From: Candidatus Peregrinibacteria bacterium
GTDB taxonomy: Bacteria > Patescibacteriota > Gracilibacteria > UBA1369 > UBA12463
Direction: 5' to 3'
DNA length: 64,000 bases
Assembly: GCA_026395555.1 (NCBI GenBank)
Contig: JAPLYO010000016.1
Coordinates: 8,412 to 72,411 of the forward strand
Shown: one piece after another, positions 18,686 through 27,589 of the stretch
Position numbering within the stretch: the stretch's first letter is position 1
How the letters are laid out: each line of letters starts with the position of its first letter
Notes under the pieces: generated by a model
Database searches by the model: none
The model's input: only the letters and a program-made list of their open reading frames with translations
What the model was told of the DNA's origin: nothing
Position numbers and translations under genes: made by a program

Positions 18686-19009
18686 ATGTTCATGCCAACC
18701 GTCTCGATAGAGAATCTCAAATCAGGTGAAAAAACAAAGTTCGAAATCAATGGAATAAAATTGATGATTGCGAACATCAATGATGCGGCTTATGCGGTAC
18801 AGCGATACTGCTCACACGCGGAGTCCGACCTCACCGAGGGAAATCTTGAGGGATGCGTAATCGAATGTGCGCTTCATGGCGCCATGTTTGATGTTCGAGA
18901 TGGAAAAGTTCTAAGCCTTCCCGCCACACAGCCTCTCAAAACATATCCGACAAAAATTGAAAACGGGATGATACTCGTTGATATTCCAGAAGTAGCTGAA
19001 TCGGCATAA
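18686..19009 (+). CDS. Rieske [2Fe-2S] ferredoxin
   Basis: CSH...CALHG Rieske ligand motifs. Confidence 0.92.
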   Translation: MFMPTVSIENLKSGEKTKFEINGIKLMIANINDAAYAVQRYCSHAESDLTEGNLEGCVIECALHGAMFDVRDGKVLSLPATQPLKTYPTKIENGMILVDIPEVAESA

Positions 19010-19019
19010 TACATTCAAA

Positions 19020-20273
19020 ATGATTGATCCACATCTCATCAAGAAAGACTTCCCCATCCTCTCGCGGATGATCGAAAACAAGCCGCTTGTATACTTGGAT
19101 AGCGCATCTACATCACAAAAACCACAGTCTGTCATTGATGCGATTACGCGATATTACTCAAACAGTAATGCCAATATCCATCGTGCCATATACACCATCG
19201 CGCAGGAAGCAGATGACGCCTACGAAGCGACCCGCGAGTCGGTAAGGGCATTTATCAATGCGTCCTCGACAGAAGAAATTATATTCACACGCAATACGAC
19301 AGAAGGAATTAATCTTGTAGCCTACACATGGGCGGAACAAAATATTCACGAAGGAGATATTGTCATAGTAAGTGCACTCGAACATCACTCAAACCTTATC
19401 CCATGGCAGCAAGTAGCCATCAAGAAGAATGCGAGACTTGCGGTAATTCCCCTCTCTCGTGACCCTGAGACTCCATACCTCCTCGACATGGAGTGGTTCA
19501 AAAAATATCTCATAGAGAATAGCACCTCGATCAAATTAATCGCCATCACGCATGCCAGTAACGTCACAGGAACGATTAATCCTATCAAGGAAATAGCATC
19601 ACTCGTACATGCACACAGCTCCGCGAAAATTCTCATCGATGGCGCACAGTCCACCGCACATCTTCCAATAGATGTCCAAGATTTGGATTGTGATTTCTTC
19701 GCATTCTCTAGCCATAAAATGCTGGGACCAACGGGCGTGGGCGTCCTCTATGCCAAAAAACAATTACTGGAAGCGATGCCTCCATTTCTCTTCGGTGGCG
19801 ATATGATTCGCGAGGTACACCAGCGCGATGCGACATGGAACGATCTCCCGTGGAAGTTCGAGGCTGGCACCCAAAATATCGCCGATGTAATCGCCTTTAA
19901 GGAAGCCATCACCTACCTCACCAATCTAGGAATGGAAAACGTTCGGCAACACGACCAGAAACTCATCGCCTATGCACGTGCAAAATTAGAGAGTATCAAA
20001 AACCTCAAACTCCATATTCCAAAAAATAACATGGACATGACCGGTGTAATTTCTTTCGCCATGAATGGAATACATCCCCATGATATCGCCGAAATATTCA
20101 ACAGTGAAAATGTCTGCATTCGTGGCGGAAACCACTGTGCCAAGCCACTTATGGAGAGCATCTCTGTTCCAGCAACCGCACGTATCAGCTTCTCGGTTTA
20201 CAATACCGAAGAAGACATCGACATCGCGATCGAGGCCATTATCAAGGCGAAAAAAATATTCAACATCTCATAA
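19020..20273 (+). CDS. sufS: Cysteine desulfurase SufS
   Basis: YLDSASTSQKP, EHHSN, SSHKMLGPTG, FEAGT, RGGNHCA. Confidence 0.96.
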   Translation: MIDPHLIKKDFPILSRMIENKPLVYLDSASTSQKPQSVIDAITRYYSNSNANIHRAIYTIAQEADDAYEATRESVRAFINASSTEEIIFTRNTTEGINLVAYTWAEQNIHEGDIVIVSALEHHSNLIPWQQVAIKKNARLAVIPLSRDPETPYLLDMEWFKKYLIENSTSIKLIAITHASNVTGTINPIKEIASLVHAHSSAKILIDGAQSTAHLPIDVQDLDCDFFAFSSHKMLGPTGVGVLYAKKQLLEAMPPFLFGGDMIREVHQRDATWNDLPWKFEAGTQNIADVIAFKEAITYLTNLGMENVRQHDQKLIAYARAKLESIKNLKLHIPKNNMDMTGVISFAMNGIHPHDIAEIFNSENVCIRGGNHCAKPLMESISVPATARISFSVYNTEEDIDIAIEAIIKAKKIFNIS

Positions 20274-20298
20274 TACAGCAACAACTCACCGATACATC

Positions 20299-20676
20299 AT
20301 GGATCTCTACGCCGAAAATATTCTCGACCACTTCCAAAATCCGCGCAATCACGGACGTCTCGCTGCGCCATCAATCACGGTCGACGATGCCAATCCCCTC
20401 TGCGGTGACAAACTCATTCTCGATCTTATGATAGAGAATTCTCACATCAAAGAAATCGGTTTTGACGGCTCAGGATGCGCCATATCACAGGCTGCCATGT
20501 CTATCCTTACCGAGGAAATTCTTCATAAATCTCTCGCAGATGCAGAAAATTTCTCCAAAGATGAACTCTACAAACTTCTCGGCGTCGCGATCTCCCCCGC
20601 CCGCGTCAAATGTGCCCTCCTCGGATACACTCTTCTCAAAAAAGCTATTATTCTCCTTAAACATCAGGAATCATGA
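20299..20676 (+). CDS. sufU: SufU/IscU-family sulfur-transfer/scaffold protein
   Basis: Start MDLYAENILDHFQNPRNHG at 20299; NPLCGD, GCAISQA, RVKCALL. Confidence 0.93.
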   Translation: MDLYAENILDHFQNPRNHGRLAAPSITVDDANPLCGDKLILDLMIENSHIKEIGFDGSGCAISQAAMSILTEEILHKSLADAENFSKDELYKLLGVAISPARVKCALLGYTLLKKAIILLKHQES

Positions 20677-21260
20677 GCACCAGTAAAAAAATCTCCGCAA
20701 AGAAAACTCCAACGAAGAAACCAACGATAAAAAAATCAGTTGTAAAAAAACCAACCACGAAAAAACTCATCGTGAGGAAAATGGTTATCAAAAATCTTCC
20801 GGTAAAAAAAATTACTCCAAGTAAATCTTCTTCCAAAAAGCCATCGCCATCTGTTTTCGGCCCGGACCTGCAGAAGCGCATAGACTACGCCAAAGGCAAC
20901 GGACCAAAAATGGCAAAATCATTCGACGAACTACGAAAAGAAAATCCGATGATGGAAAAAATCGGCGCGGCGCTCAATGAAATTCTCGACCCAGAAATAG
21001 GCATCGGTATTGTCGACCTCGGTCTCATCTATGGCGCCAACCTCGAGAAGCTTCCCGATGGTACCTACGACGCCGTGGTAATAATGACACTCACCTCCAT
21101 GGGCTGCCCCGTCGGTCCCATGATCATGGAGCAGGTCCAGACCGTTCTTCCGCAACTCGTCCCAGAGATCACCTCCGCCTCCGTCCAAATCGTCTGGGAT
21201 CCGCCCTGGGGCCCCGACAAGGTTAAGCCGGAGATTAGAGATATGCTGTTTGGATTTTAA
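20673..21260 (+). CDS. SufT/DUF59 protein with Lys-rich N-terminal extension
   Basis: DPEIGIGIVDLGLIY, TLTSMGCP, VWDPPW; first ~60 aa are Lys/Pro/Ser/Thr rich. Confidence 0.9.
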   Translation: MSTSKKISAKKTPTKKPTIKKSVVKKPTTKKLIVRKMVIKNLPVKKITPSKSSSKKPSPSVFGPDLQKRIDYAKGNGPKMAKSFDELRKENPMMEKIGAALNEILDPEIGIGIVDLGLIYGANLEKLPDGTYDAVVIMTLTSMGCPVGPMIMEQVQTVLPQLVPEITSASVQIVWDPPWGPDKVKPEIRDMLFGF

Positions 21261-21308
21261 CACGCTACCCAAACTACCCTACAACGGACTCTCAATCCCC
21301 CCAATCTC

Positions 21309-21767
21309 ATGAACTACAAACACACTCAAATAGGTTATCTGATGCTGGTCGTTACGCTGGCTGTGCTGGTATTTTTCACACGGATTCAAATGATGGCCCG
21401 CGCTGAGCCACCTTCGGTTGATTCAGGCTCAAATTTTCTCGTTACTGCCGTGATGGTACTCATTCTCCTTATTCTTGCTTCCTTTTATTCACTTCAAGTA
21501 CGTATTGATGAAAAATATATACGAATCAAATTTGGCTACGGAATATTTCAGAAAAAGTTTTCGCTCAATGACATAGTATCCGCTAAAACCGTAAAAAATC
21601 GTTGGTATTACGGATGGGGAATACGAGGATGGCTATGGTCCAAGATGTGGATATACAATGTTTCGGGTTTTGATGCGGTCGAAATAAAACTGAAAAATGG
21701 TAAAACATATAGAATAGGCACCGATGAACCTAAAAAATTAGAACAAGCAATCCTGCATTCTAAGTAA
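21309..21767 (+). CDS. Hypothetical membrane protein (2 TM + small beta-rich domain)
   Basis: Two hydrophobic segments followed by YGWGIR...YRIGTDEP. Confidence 0.75.
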   Translation: MNYKHTQIGYLMLVVTLAVLVFFTRIQMMARAEPPSVDSGSNFLVTAVMVLILLILASFYSLQVRIDEKYIRIKFGYGIFQKKFSLNDIVSAKTVKNRWYYGWGIRGWLWSKMWIYNVSGFDAVEIKLKNGKTYRIGTDEPKKLEQAILHSK

Positions 21768-21835
21768 GTCACGTAATCCCTAGACTCTCCCCTCTTCCCA
21801 CGCTACTATACCTGCGCACGTAACCCAACCATCCT

Positions 21836-22114
21836 ATGGCCGTCGTACCCGTACAATTAGGAGACCTCTCGGAAGGCTCAACATCAGCAACACCGGCAAT
21901 GAAAATCGTAGTAGATCGCAAGCTCTGCATCGGCGCTGCGCCGTGTGTGGCGGTCGCACCGGGAGTATTCCAGCTCGACGATGAAGAAGGAAAGGCATAT
22001 ATCATCGATCCCGATTCAACAGACGAAGAAACGATCAAAATGGCAGCCGAGTCCTGCCCCGTTCTCGCCATAAAATTATATAAAGAAGGCAAACAAATAT
22101 ACCCACAGGAATAA
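21836..22114 (+). CDS. Single-cluster ferredoxin, probably [3Fe-4S]
   Basis: CIGAAPC...ESCP: second Cys of CxxCxxC replaced by Ala. Alternative start at 21899. Confidence 0.9.
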   Translation: MAVVPVQLGDLSEGSTSATPAMKIVVDRKLCIGAAPCVAVAPGVFQLDDEEGKAYIIDPDSTDEETIKMAAESCPVLAIKLYKEGKQIYPQE

Positions 22115-22290
22115 TTCAAAATCATAAGGGGAAAAACTTGACGCGCGGCGGAAAACAAATTCCACCGCATACACCCACTCGAAAAAAACGAGGAAAGAAG
22201 TAATAAAAATAAACCATATTCAAAGTCAACGGATTGTCGTAATGAGACCTTTTCATTCCTGAAAAATCAGGTATGCTTTTATGAACGTAA

Positions 22291-22338
22291 ATACTACATG
22301 TAGTGGTACGAAAAATTAAGTCCCACTACATATCCAAA
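22291..22338 (+). promoter_or_regulatory. Tandem NrdR boxes
   Basis: ATACTACATGTAGTGG (22291-22306) and degenerate CCACTACATATCCAAA (22323-22338), 32 bp apart, upstream of an RNR gene. Confidence 0.8.
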
Positions 22339-22535
22339 TGCCCGCAAGAAAAACGTAGCACAATCCATCGACAACACTCCTCCACTTTTCTAAGATAGGC
22401 CTTACAAGAAGATGAATCATTTCTGACACGCCATGAATAGGTATGCATGGAAACGTTCAGAATGTGAAACTCTCTTCTCCTGTTCTTCTGTAGAACTTCT
22501 ACTCCATTTTTATCTCTCTCTTACCCCCTTCCGCT

Positions 22536-24878
22536 ATGGCTCAAACAAAAAACATCAGAAAACGCGATGGTCGCATCGTTGATTTCGACCAGACAAAAGT
22601 AGCGGAAGCTATCTGGAAGGCCGCCGAATCCGTAGGAGGAGACGACCGAACCATTGCCGACAAGATCGCTAATCAGGTTGCGGCGGTCATTGAGGTGTTT
22701 TTCAAAGGTCCAGAGGCGATCCCAACCGTCGAGCAGATTCAGGATCTCGTAGAAAAGATCCTCATCGAGGGTGGACACGCCAAGACCGCAAAAGCCTATA
22801 TCTTATATAGAGCCGAGCAGTCACGGAAGCGTGAGCAGACAGAGACGATCCTCGGCAAGGGTAATGCCGACGAGAGACTCAACTTCTCCAACAACGCGCT
22901 CGAGGTTCTCAAGCGACGATATCTCTTGAAGGACGAAAATGGTAATATTATTGAAACTCCTAAACAGCTCGTCGAACGTATTTCTAACAATATCGCTCTC
23001 GCCGACAAGAACTACGGAGCAACGGAAGAAGAGTACCAGGCTACCGCCAAGAAATTCTACGACGTCATGGCTAATTTGGACTACATGCCGAACACTCCAA
23101 CCATCATGAATGCGGGAACAGAAATTCAACAGCTCTCTGCCTGTTTCGTTCTTCCAATCCCAGACTCGATTGAGGGCATTTTCGACTCACTCAAATATCA
23201 GGCCATTATTCACAAGTCAGGTGGCGGAACAGGCTTCTCCTTCTCGCGACTACGACCATCGAACGACATGGTGAAATCAACAGCTGGCGTTTCTTCCGGC
23301 CCGGTTTCTTTCATGAAAATCTTCGATGCTGCTACGCAGGAGATCAAGCAAGGTGGCAAGCGACGAGGTGCCAATATGGGCATTCTCCGAGTTGATCACC
23401 CGGATGTTCTCGACTTCATCGTTTGCAAGGCTGATATGAAAACACTTACGAACTTCAACATCTCTGTCGGTATTACCGCGAAGTTCATGGAGGCGCTCAA
23501 GAAAGATACAACATACGATCTCATCAATCCACGCACCAAGACGGCCTGCAAACAGCTCCGTGCACGTGAGGTCTTCAACTTGATTATCTCTAACGCATGG
23601 CTCAATGGAGACCCAGGTCTCGTATTCATCGACAACATGAACGCCACCAACCCCGTTCCTCATTTGGGCGAGATTGAGGCGACCAATCCATGTGGCGAGC
23701 AGGATCTTCTTCCTTTTGACTCATGCAACCTCGGATCTATTGCCGTTAACAGATTCATCAACGCTGCTCGAACAGACTTCGACTGGAAGCGTCTCGAAGA
23801 GGTCGTCTTCACAACAACGCACTTCCTCGACAACGTGATCGACATGAACAGCTACCCGATTCCGCAGATCGCCGAGATGTCCAAAAACACACGACGTATC
23901 GGTCTCGGTATCATGGGCTTCGCAGACGCTCTCTATCAGATCATGATTCCTTACGACTCCGCAGAAGGCCTCAAGAAGGGCGAAGAGCTCATGAAGTTCA
24001 TTCGCGACAAGGCTATCGAGAAGTCCGTAGAGCTCGCAAAAGTTCGTGGAACATTCGGAGCATACAAGGGCTCAACATGGGAGAAGAAGGGCATTAAAAT
24101 TCGTAACTCCTACGTCACAACCGTCGCTCCAACAGGAACCATCGGTATGATCGCCGAGGCCAGCGGTGGACTCGAACCAAACTTCGCTATCTCATTCATC
24201 AAGAATGTTATGGACGGCACGGAACTTATCTATACGAACGCATACTTCGAACAGATAGCCAAGGAACGTGGATTCTTCTCAAAGGACCTCATGCTTGAAA
24301 TCGCAAAGGTAGGATCCATTCAGGGCTTCGTAAATGAAATTCCAGCAGACATCCGACGTGTATTCGTTACGGCACAGGATATTTCTCCGGAAAATCATAT
24401 CCGTATGCAGGCCGCCTTCCAGAAACACGTTTGCGCTTCAGTCTCAAAGACGATCAACTTCCCATACGCCGCTTCGATGCAGGATGTTGAGACCGCCTAC
24501 ATCCTCGCCTACGATCTCAACTGCAAGGGAGTCACGATCTATAGAGATGGTTCACGAGACTCTCAGGTCTTGAACATTGGAAAGGTAAACAAGAAAGAAG
24601 AACCAAAAGTAGAGAAACGTGTCGCCGAGTTCGTTCCGCCACCAGCTGCTCCGGTAGCTGCCACTCAGCCAACACTTCCAACCTACGCCACCGTCGGAGC
24701 AGGAGCAGTATCAACTTCATCATCGGAAGACGGCACCGCTACTCGATCCCACAAAGCTATCAAGACGAAGCACGAGCTTATGGCTGAGAAAGAATGCCCA
24801 GAGTGCCAAGGCCAGGTTCAGATCGCCGAGGGCTGCATGCTCTGCTTAAGCTGCGGATTTTCTGCCTGCAGCGTCTAA
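22536..24878 (+). CDS. nrdJ: Class II (adenosylcobalamin-dependent) ribonucleotide reductase with N-terminal ATP cone
   Basis: IRKRDG ATP cone, QLSACFV, NFNISV, TNPCGEQ, APTGTI, C-terminal CPEC...EGCMLCLSCGFSAC; no adjacent beta subunit. Confidence 0.93.
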   Translation: MAQTKNIRKRDGRIVDFDQTKVAEAIWKAAESVGGDDRTIADKIANQVAAVIEVFFKGPEAIPTVEQIQDLVEKILIEGGHAKTAKAYILYRAEQSRKREQTETILGKGNADERLNFSNNALEVLKRRYLLKDENGNIIETPKQLVERISNNIALADKNYGATEEEYQATAKKFYDVMANLDYMPNTPTIMNAGTEIQQLSACFVLPIPDSIEGIFDSLKYQAIIHKSGGGTGFSFSRLRPSNDMVKSTAGVSSGPVSFMKIFDAATQEIKQGGKRRGANMGILRVDHPDVLDFIVCKADMKTLTNFNISVGITAKFMEALKKDTTYDLINPRTKTACKQLRAREVFNLIISNAWLNGDPGLVFIDNMNATNPVPHLGEIEATNPCGEQDLLPFDSCNLGSIAVNRFINAARTDFDWKRLEEVVFTTTHFLDNVIDMNSYPIPQIAEMSKNTRRIGLGIMGFADALYQIMIPYDSAEGLKKGEELMKFIRDKAIEKSVELAKVRGTFGAYKGSTWEKKGIKIRNSYVTTVAPTGTIGMIAEASGGLEPNFAISFIKNVMDGTELIYTNAYFEQIAKERGFFSKDLMLEIAKVGSIQGFVNEIPADIRRVFVTAQDISPENHIRMQAAFQKHVCASVSKTINFPYAASMQDVETAYILAYDLNCKGVTIYRDGSRDSQVLNIGKVNKKEEPKVEKRVAEFVPPPAAPVAATQPTLPTYATVGAGAVSTSSSEDGTATRSHKAIKTKHELMAEKECPECQGQVQIAEGCMLCLSCGFSACSV

Positions 24879-24949
24879 GCTTCAAAGCCACATCTCAAAG
24901 CTGAGTCATAGCAAGGACTTGCATAAGATAAAAAAAGTGATACAATAAC

Positions 24950-24986
24950 AAACCTCGGGCTCAAGTTGGCACCGGGGTTTTGTTTC
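24950..24986 (+). terminator. Hairpin followed by U-rich tract (probable nrdJ terminator)
   Basis: AAACCTCGG (24950-24958) pairs with CCGGGGTTT (24972-24980), then TGTTTC. It lies just after a TTGCAT/TACAAT promoter-like pair, so it may be a 5'-leader structure instead. Confidence 0.5.
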
Positions 24987-25008
24987 TCTCCTACTATACA
25001 CAATCTCT

Positions 25009-27582
25009 ATGGCAAAATACGGACCTGAAAGCTCATCTCGGTACGAAGACGGACCAAAAAGAAAAGATGGTACCGATAGAAAAAGTGGCATTACCGACGA
25101 ACAGTTCGATAAATTTAAAAAAGGAGAAAAAGATGCCGAAACCATAAAGGCCGAGGCGAGAGACGTGAGTCTCATCCACACGAACATACGCAACCTCCTC
25201 GCCAAGGATCAAGTTTTGGGAAAGGAAGAAAAGGTTGCCTATGAAAAGGCTCTCGAGAAAGCAAGAATGGACAGCGATCCAAACAGACTCGCGGACATCA
25301 AGAAAGACATTGATCAAAACATCGACGCATCCCACAAGCTCCTTCAGAGTTACGTCGGACAGCTCGACAAGAACGCCGATCTCTTCGGAAAAGACAAAGC
25401 GCGCAACATCGACACGCTTGCAGACAAGAAAAAGGAGTTCAAGGAGGCAAATCTTGATGGAAAAAAAGAAGGTGCGAAAAAACTCGATGGTGAGATCAAA
25501 AATCTACGATCGATCCGGGACAACCTCATCAAAGTAATCGGCGATGGCAAGGGCGCCAAGGTCTACATGGACCGCTTCGGCAAGATGACCGAGAAGGAAA
25601 AAATCGATTATGTCGACGGACTCAAAGACAACATGGCCGCCTTCAAGAAGCTCTTCGAACAATTAAAGAAGACCGATATCTCCGACGATGATGAGCTGGA
25701 GAGCCTTTCAATTCGCTTCGGCGAAGCCACACCGGAGGGCCAGAAAAAAATGCTGGCCGAGATGGAGCAGGAGCTCAAGGATGGTGATGTAAAATCCGTA
25801 AAAGACGAGTTCAAGAAGTTCGCCGAACCACGTCAGAAGAAGTATGAAGCCAAGTTAAAAAAGGCCAGAGGTCTCAAGGCAAAAAAAGAAGTAGTAGAAG
25901 AAATGAAGGGCGAGATACGCGAGGAGGCCATCGCAAAATGGACCGCATCCCCTCTTCAAAGCCCCTTCGAAAAAAACATCAACGCCAAGTATATGGGCGA
26001 GGAAAAAGACGCAGCCAAGCTGGAGGCAAGTCTCGCATATATCCCAACAGCAGAAAAAACACTTCAGGGCTTCGAGGCAAAATTCAAAGCCGCTCCAGCA
26101 AAAGTTCAGGCTCAGTACGACTTTTATAATGTGAATTACTCGGGAAACGAGAGTCAGAAGGGCAAGAAAGAAATCGCGGCAGAATGCGAAAAACACATGG
26201 AACTTATTGGAAAATGGGACGCAAAACTCAAAGACGCCGTAGGAAACAAGCTCGTAAGTGAGATCAGTGCCGGAAAGTATAAAGACAAGTTCGCCGGAGC
26301 TACAATCAAGGAGAAAGAGGCCGCTCTCCAGAGCTCAACCCTCGACGACCCACGACGAAAAGAATCTCTTACGCGCTTCAACAAGCTCCCTGCAGGCGAT
26401 CAGCAAAAGCACAAAGAGTTCTATAGTTTGCGACTACGTGACCGAATAGCCTTAGTGGACAATATCGAAAACGACAACCGTGATCGAAAAGAATTATGCG
26501 AAAAGTACAACGACAAAGTTCAGGAAATGGCCGATGGACGGCTTCTTTCTCCAAAAAGCGTCAAGGCCTACCAGCAGTGGTTCGCCTCGCTTGAGACGAC
26601 GGACGAGATGAAAGAGATGCTTGAAAATTCCGATCTCGACGACCCACGTCGCGACAAAGTTCTCGAAACCTTTGAGACTCTTCCGGAATCCGAGCGAAAG
26701 AAGCATGAGTCTATTTTTATGAACCAAGATCTCTCCGAACGCATCCAAACGCTTTGCACGATTTTACCGGATGGCGGCGCCACATTAAAAAACTCCCTCA
26801 ACGGTATGCAAGAAGCCAAGAGCCAGATCGACGAGATGCAGAAAAAGACAGAGCTAAAGGTAAAACTTGAAGACGCCATGAAGTTCGAGGGACAGAAAAA
26901 CTTCCAAGCCGAGTTCGAGGTCCGCAAAGATATCGCCAAGCTCGATCCGGAAGATGAGATTAATAATGGTCGCCTGAAAGAGCTTCAGATAATGGTAAGT
27001 CCAAACGCCGAGTCAATTGGCAAAGCCATCGATGCATCGAAGGGAAATAGCGCCATGAGAGATCAGCTCGAAGCAAACGCCGTTTACCTCCGTATGGCAC
27101 ATGACATCAAACAGCATGAACTACTCACTCAGGAGCGCACATTCGATCAACGAAGCGCACTCCATAGTTCCACAGAAGACAAGGACTTCTCAGAGGACTT
27201 CGCAGACTATACCGATGGCGAAAGTGTCGTAGACGCACGTACCGGACGTGCTCAGGATGCCGTCGTCTTCAAGATGACCGACTTCCAGAACCTCAACCGA
27301 GATCAGATACATCAGAAGAAAAAAGCTCTCAAGCAAGACCGACTTATTACGGATGAGACTCAACGTGGAAAGAGATACAACATGATCGACAAAGACGGTC
27401 AGCAACTCGACAGTACCAAACTCGAGAATCGAGCAAAGGCGCAGTCCGCTCAGATCACCGCCGCTATCGTGAGCCGCATCACCGGTGGCAGCCTCTCGGA
27501 GCAGGCCAAGATGGAGGCGCAGAAAGCCGTCGAGGAGATTCTTCTCGATAACAACAAGTTCAGCCTGGATGTTGCAGCGTAA
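25009..27582 (+). CDS. Large charged alpha-helical protein of unknown function with internal ~100-aa repeats
   Basis: 857-aa K/E/D-rich ORF; LDDPRR...LP...KH...RI unit seen twice; no TM segment or signal peptide. Confidence 0.85.
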   Translation: MAKYGPESSSRYEDGPKRKDGTDRKSGITDEQFDKFKKGEKDAETIKAEARDVSLIHTNIRNLLAKDQVLGKEEKVAYEKALEKARMDSDPNRLADIKKDIDQNIDASHKLLQSYVGQLDKNADLFGKDKARNIDTLADKKKEFKEANLDGKKEGAKKLDGEIKNLRSIRDNLIKVIGDGKGAKVYMDRFGKMTEKEKIDYVDGLKDNMAAFKKLFEQLKKTDISDDDELESLSIRFGEATPEGQKKMLAEMEQELKDGDVKSVKDEFKKFAEPRQKKYEAKLKKARGLKAKKEVVEEMKGEIREEAIAKWTASPLQSPFEKNINAKYMGEEKDAAKLEASLAYIPTAEKTLQGFEAKFKAAPAKVQAQYDFYNVNYSGNESQKGKKEIAAECEKHMELIGKWDAKLKDAVGNKLVSEISAGKYKDKFAGATIKEKEAALQSSTLDDPRRKESLTRFNKLPAGDQQKHKEFYSLRLRDRIALVDNIENDNRDRKELCEKYNDKVQEMADGRLLSPKSVKAYQQWFASLETTDEMKEMLENSDLDDPRRDKVLETFETLPESERKKHESIFMNQDLSERIQTLCTILPDGGATLKNSLNGMQEAKSQIDEMQKKTELKVKLEDAMKFEGQKNFQAEFEVRKDIAKLDPEDEINNGRLKELQIMVSPNAESIGKAIDASKGNSAMRDQLEANAVYLRMAHDIKQHELLTQERTFDQRSALHSSTEDKDFSEDFADYTDGESVVDARTGRAQDAVVFKMTDFQNLNRDQIHQKKKALKQDRLITDETQRGKRYNMIDKDGQQLDSTKLENRAKAQSAQITAAIVSRITGGSLSEQAKMEAQKAVEEILLDNNKFSLDVAA

Positions 27583-27589
27583 GCGAATA

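Noticed and set aside
22536-24878. Intein or intron in nrdJ, or a cobalamin riboswitch upstream
   Set aside because: The ORF is continuous and of normal length with no intein terminal motifs; no B12-box recognised.
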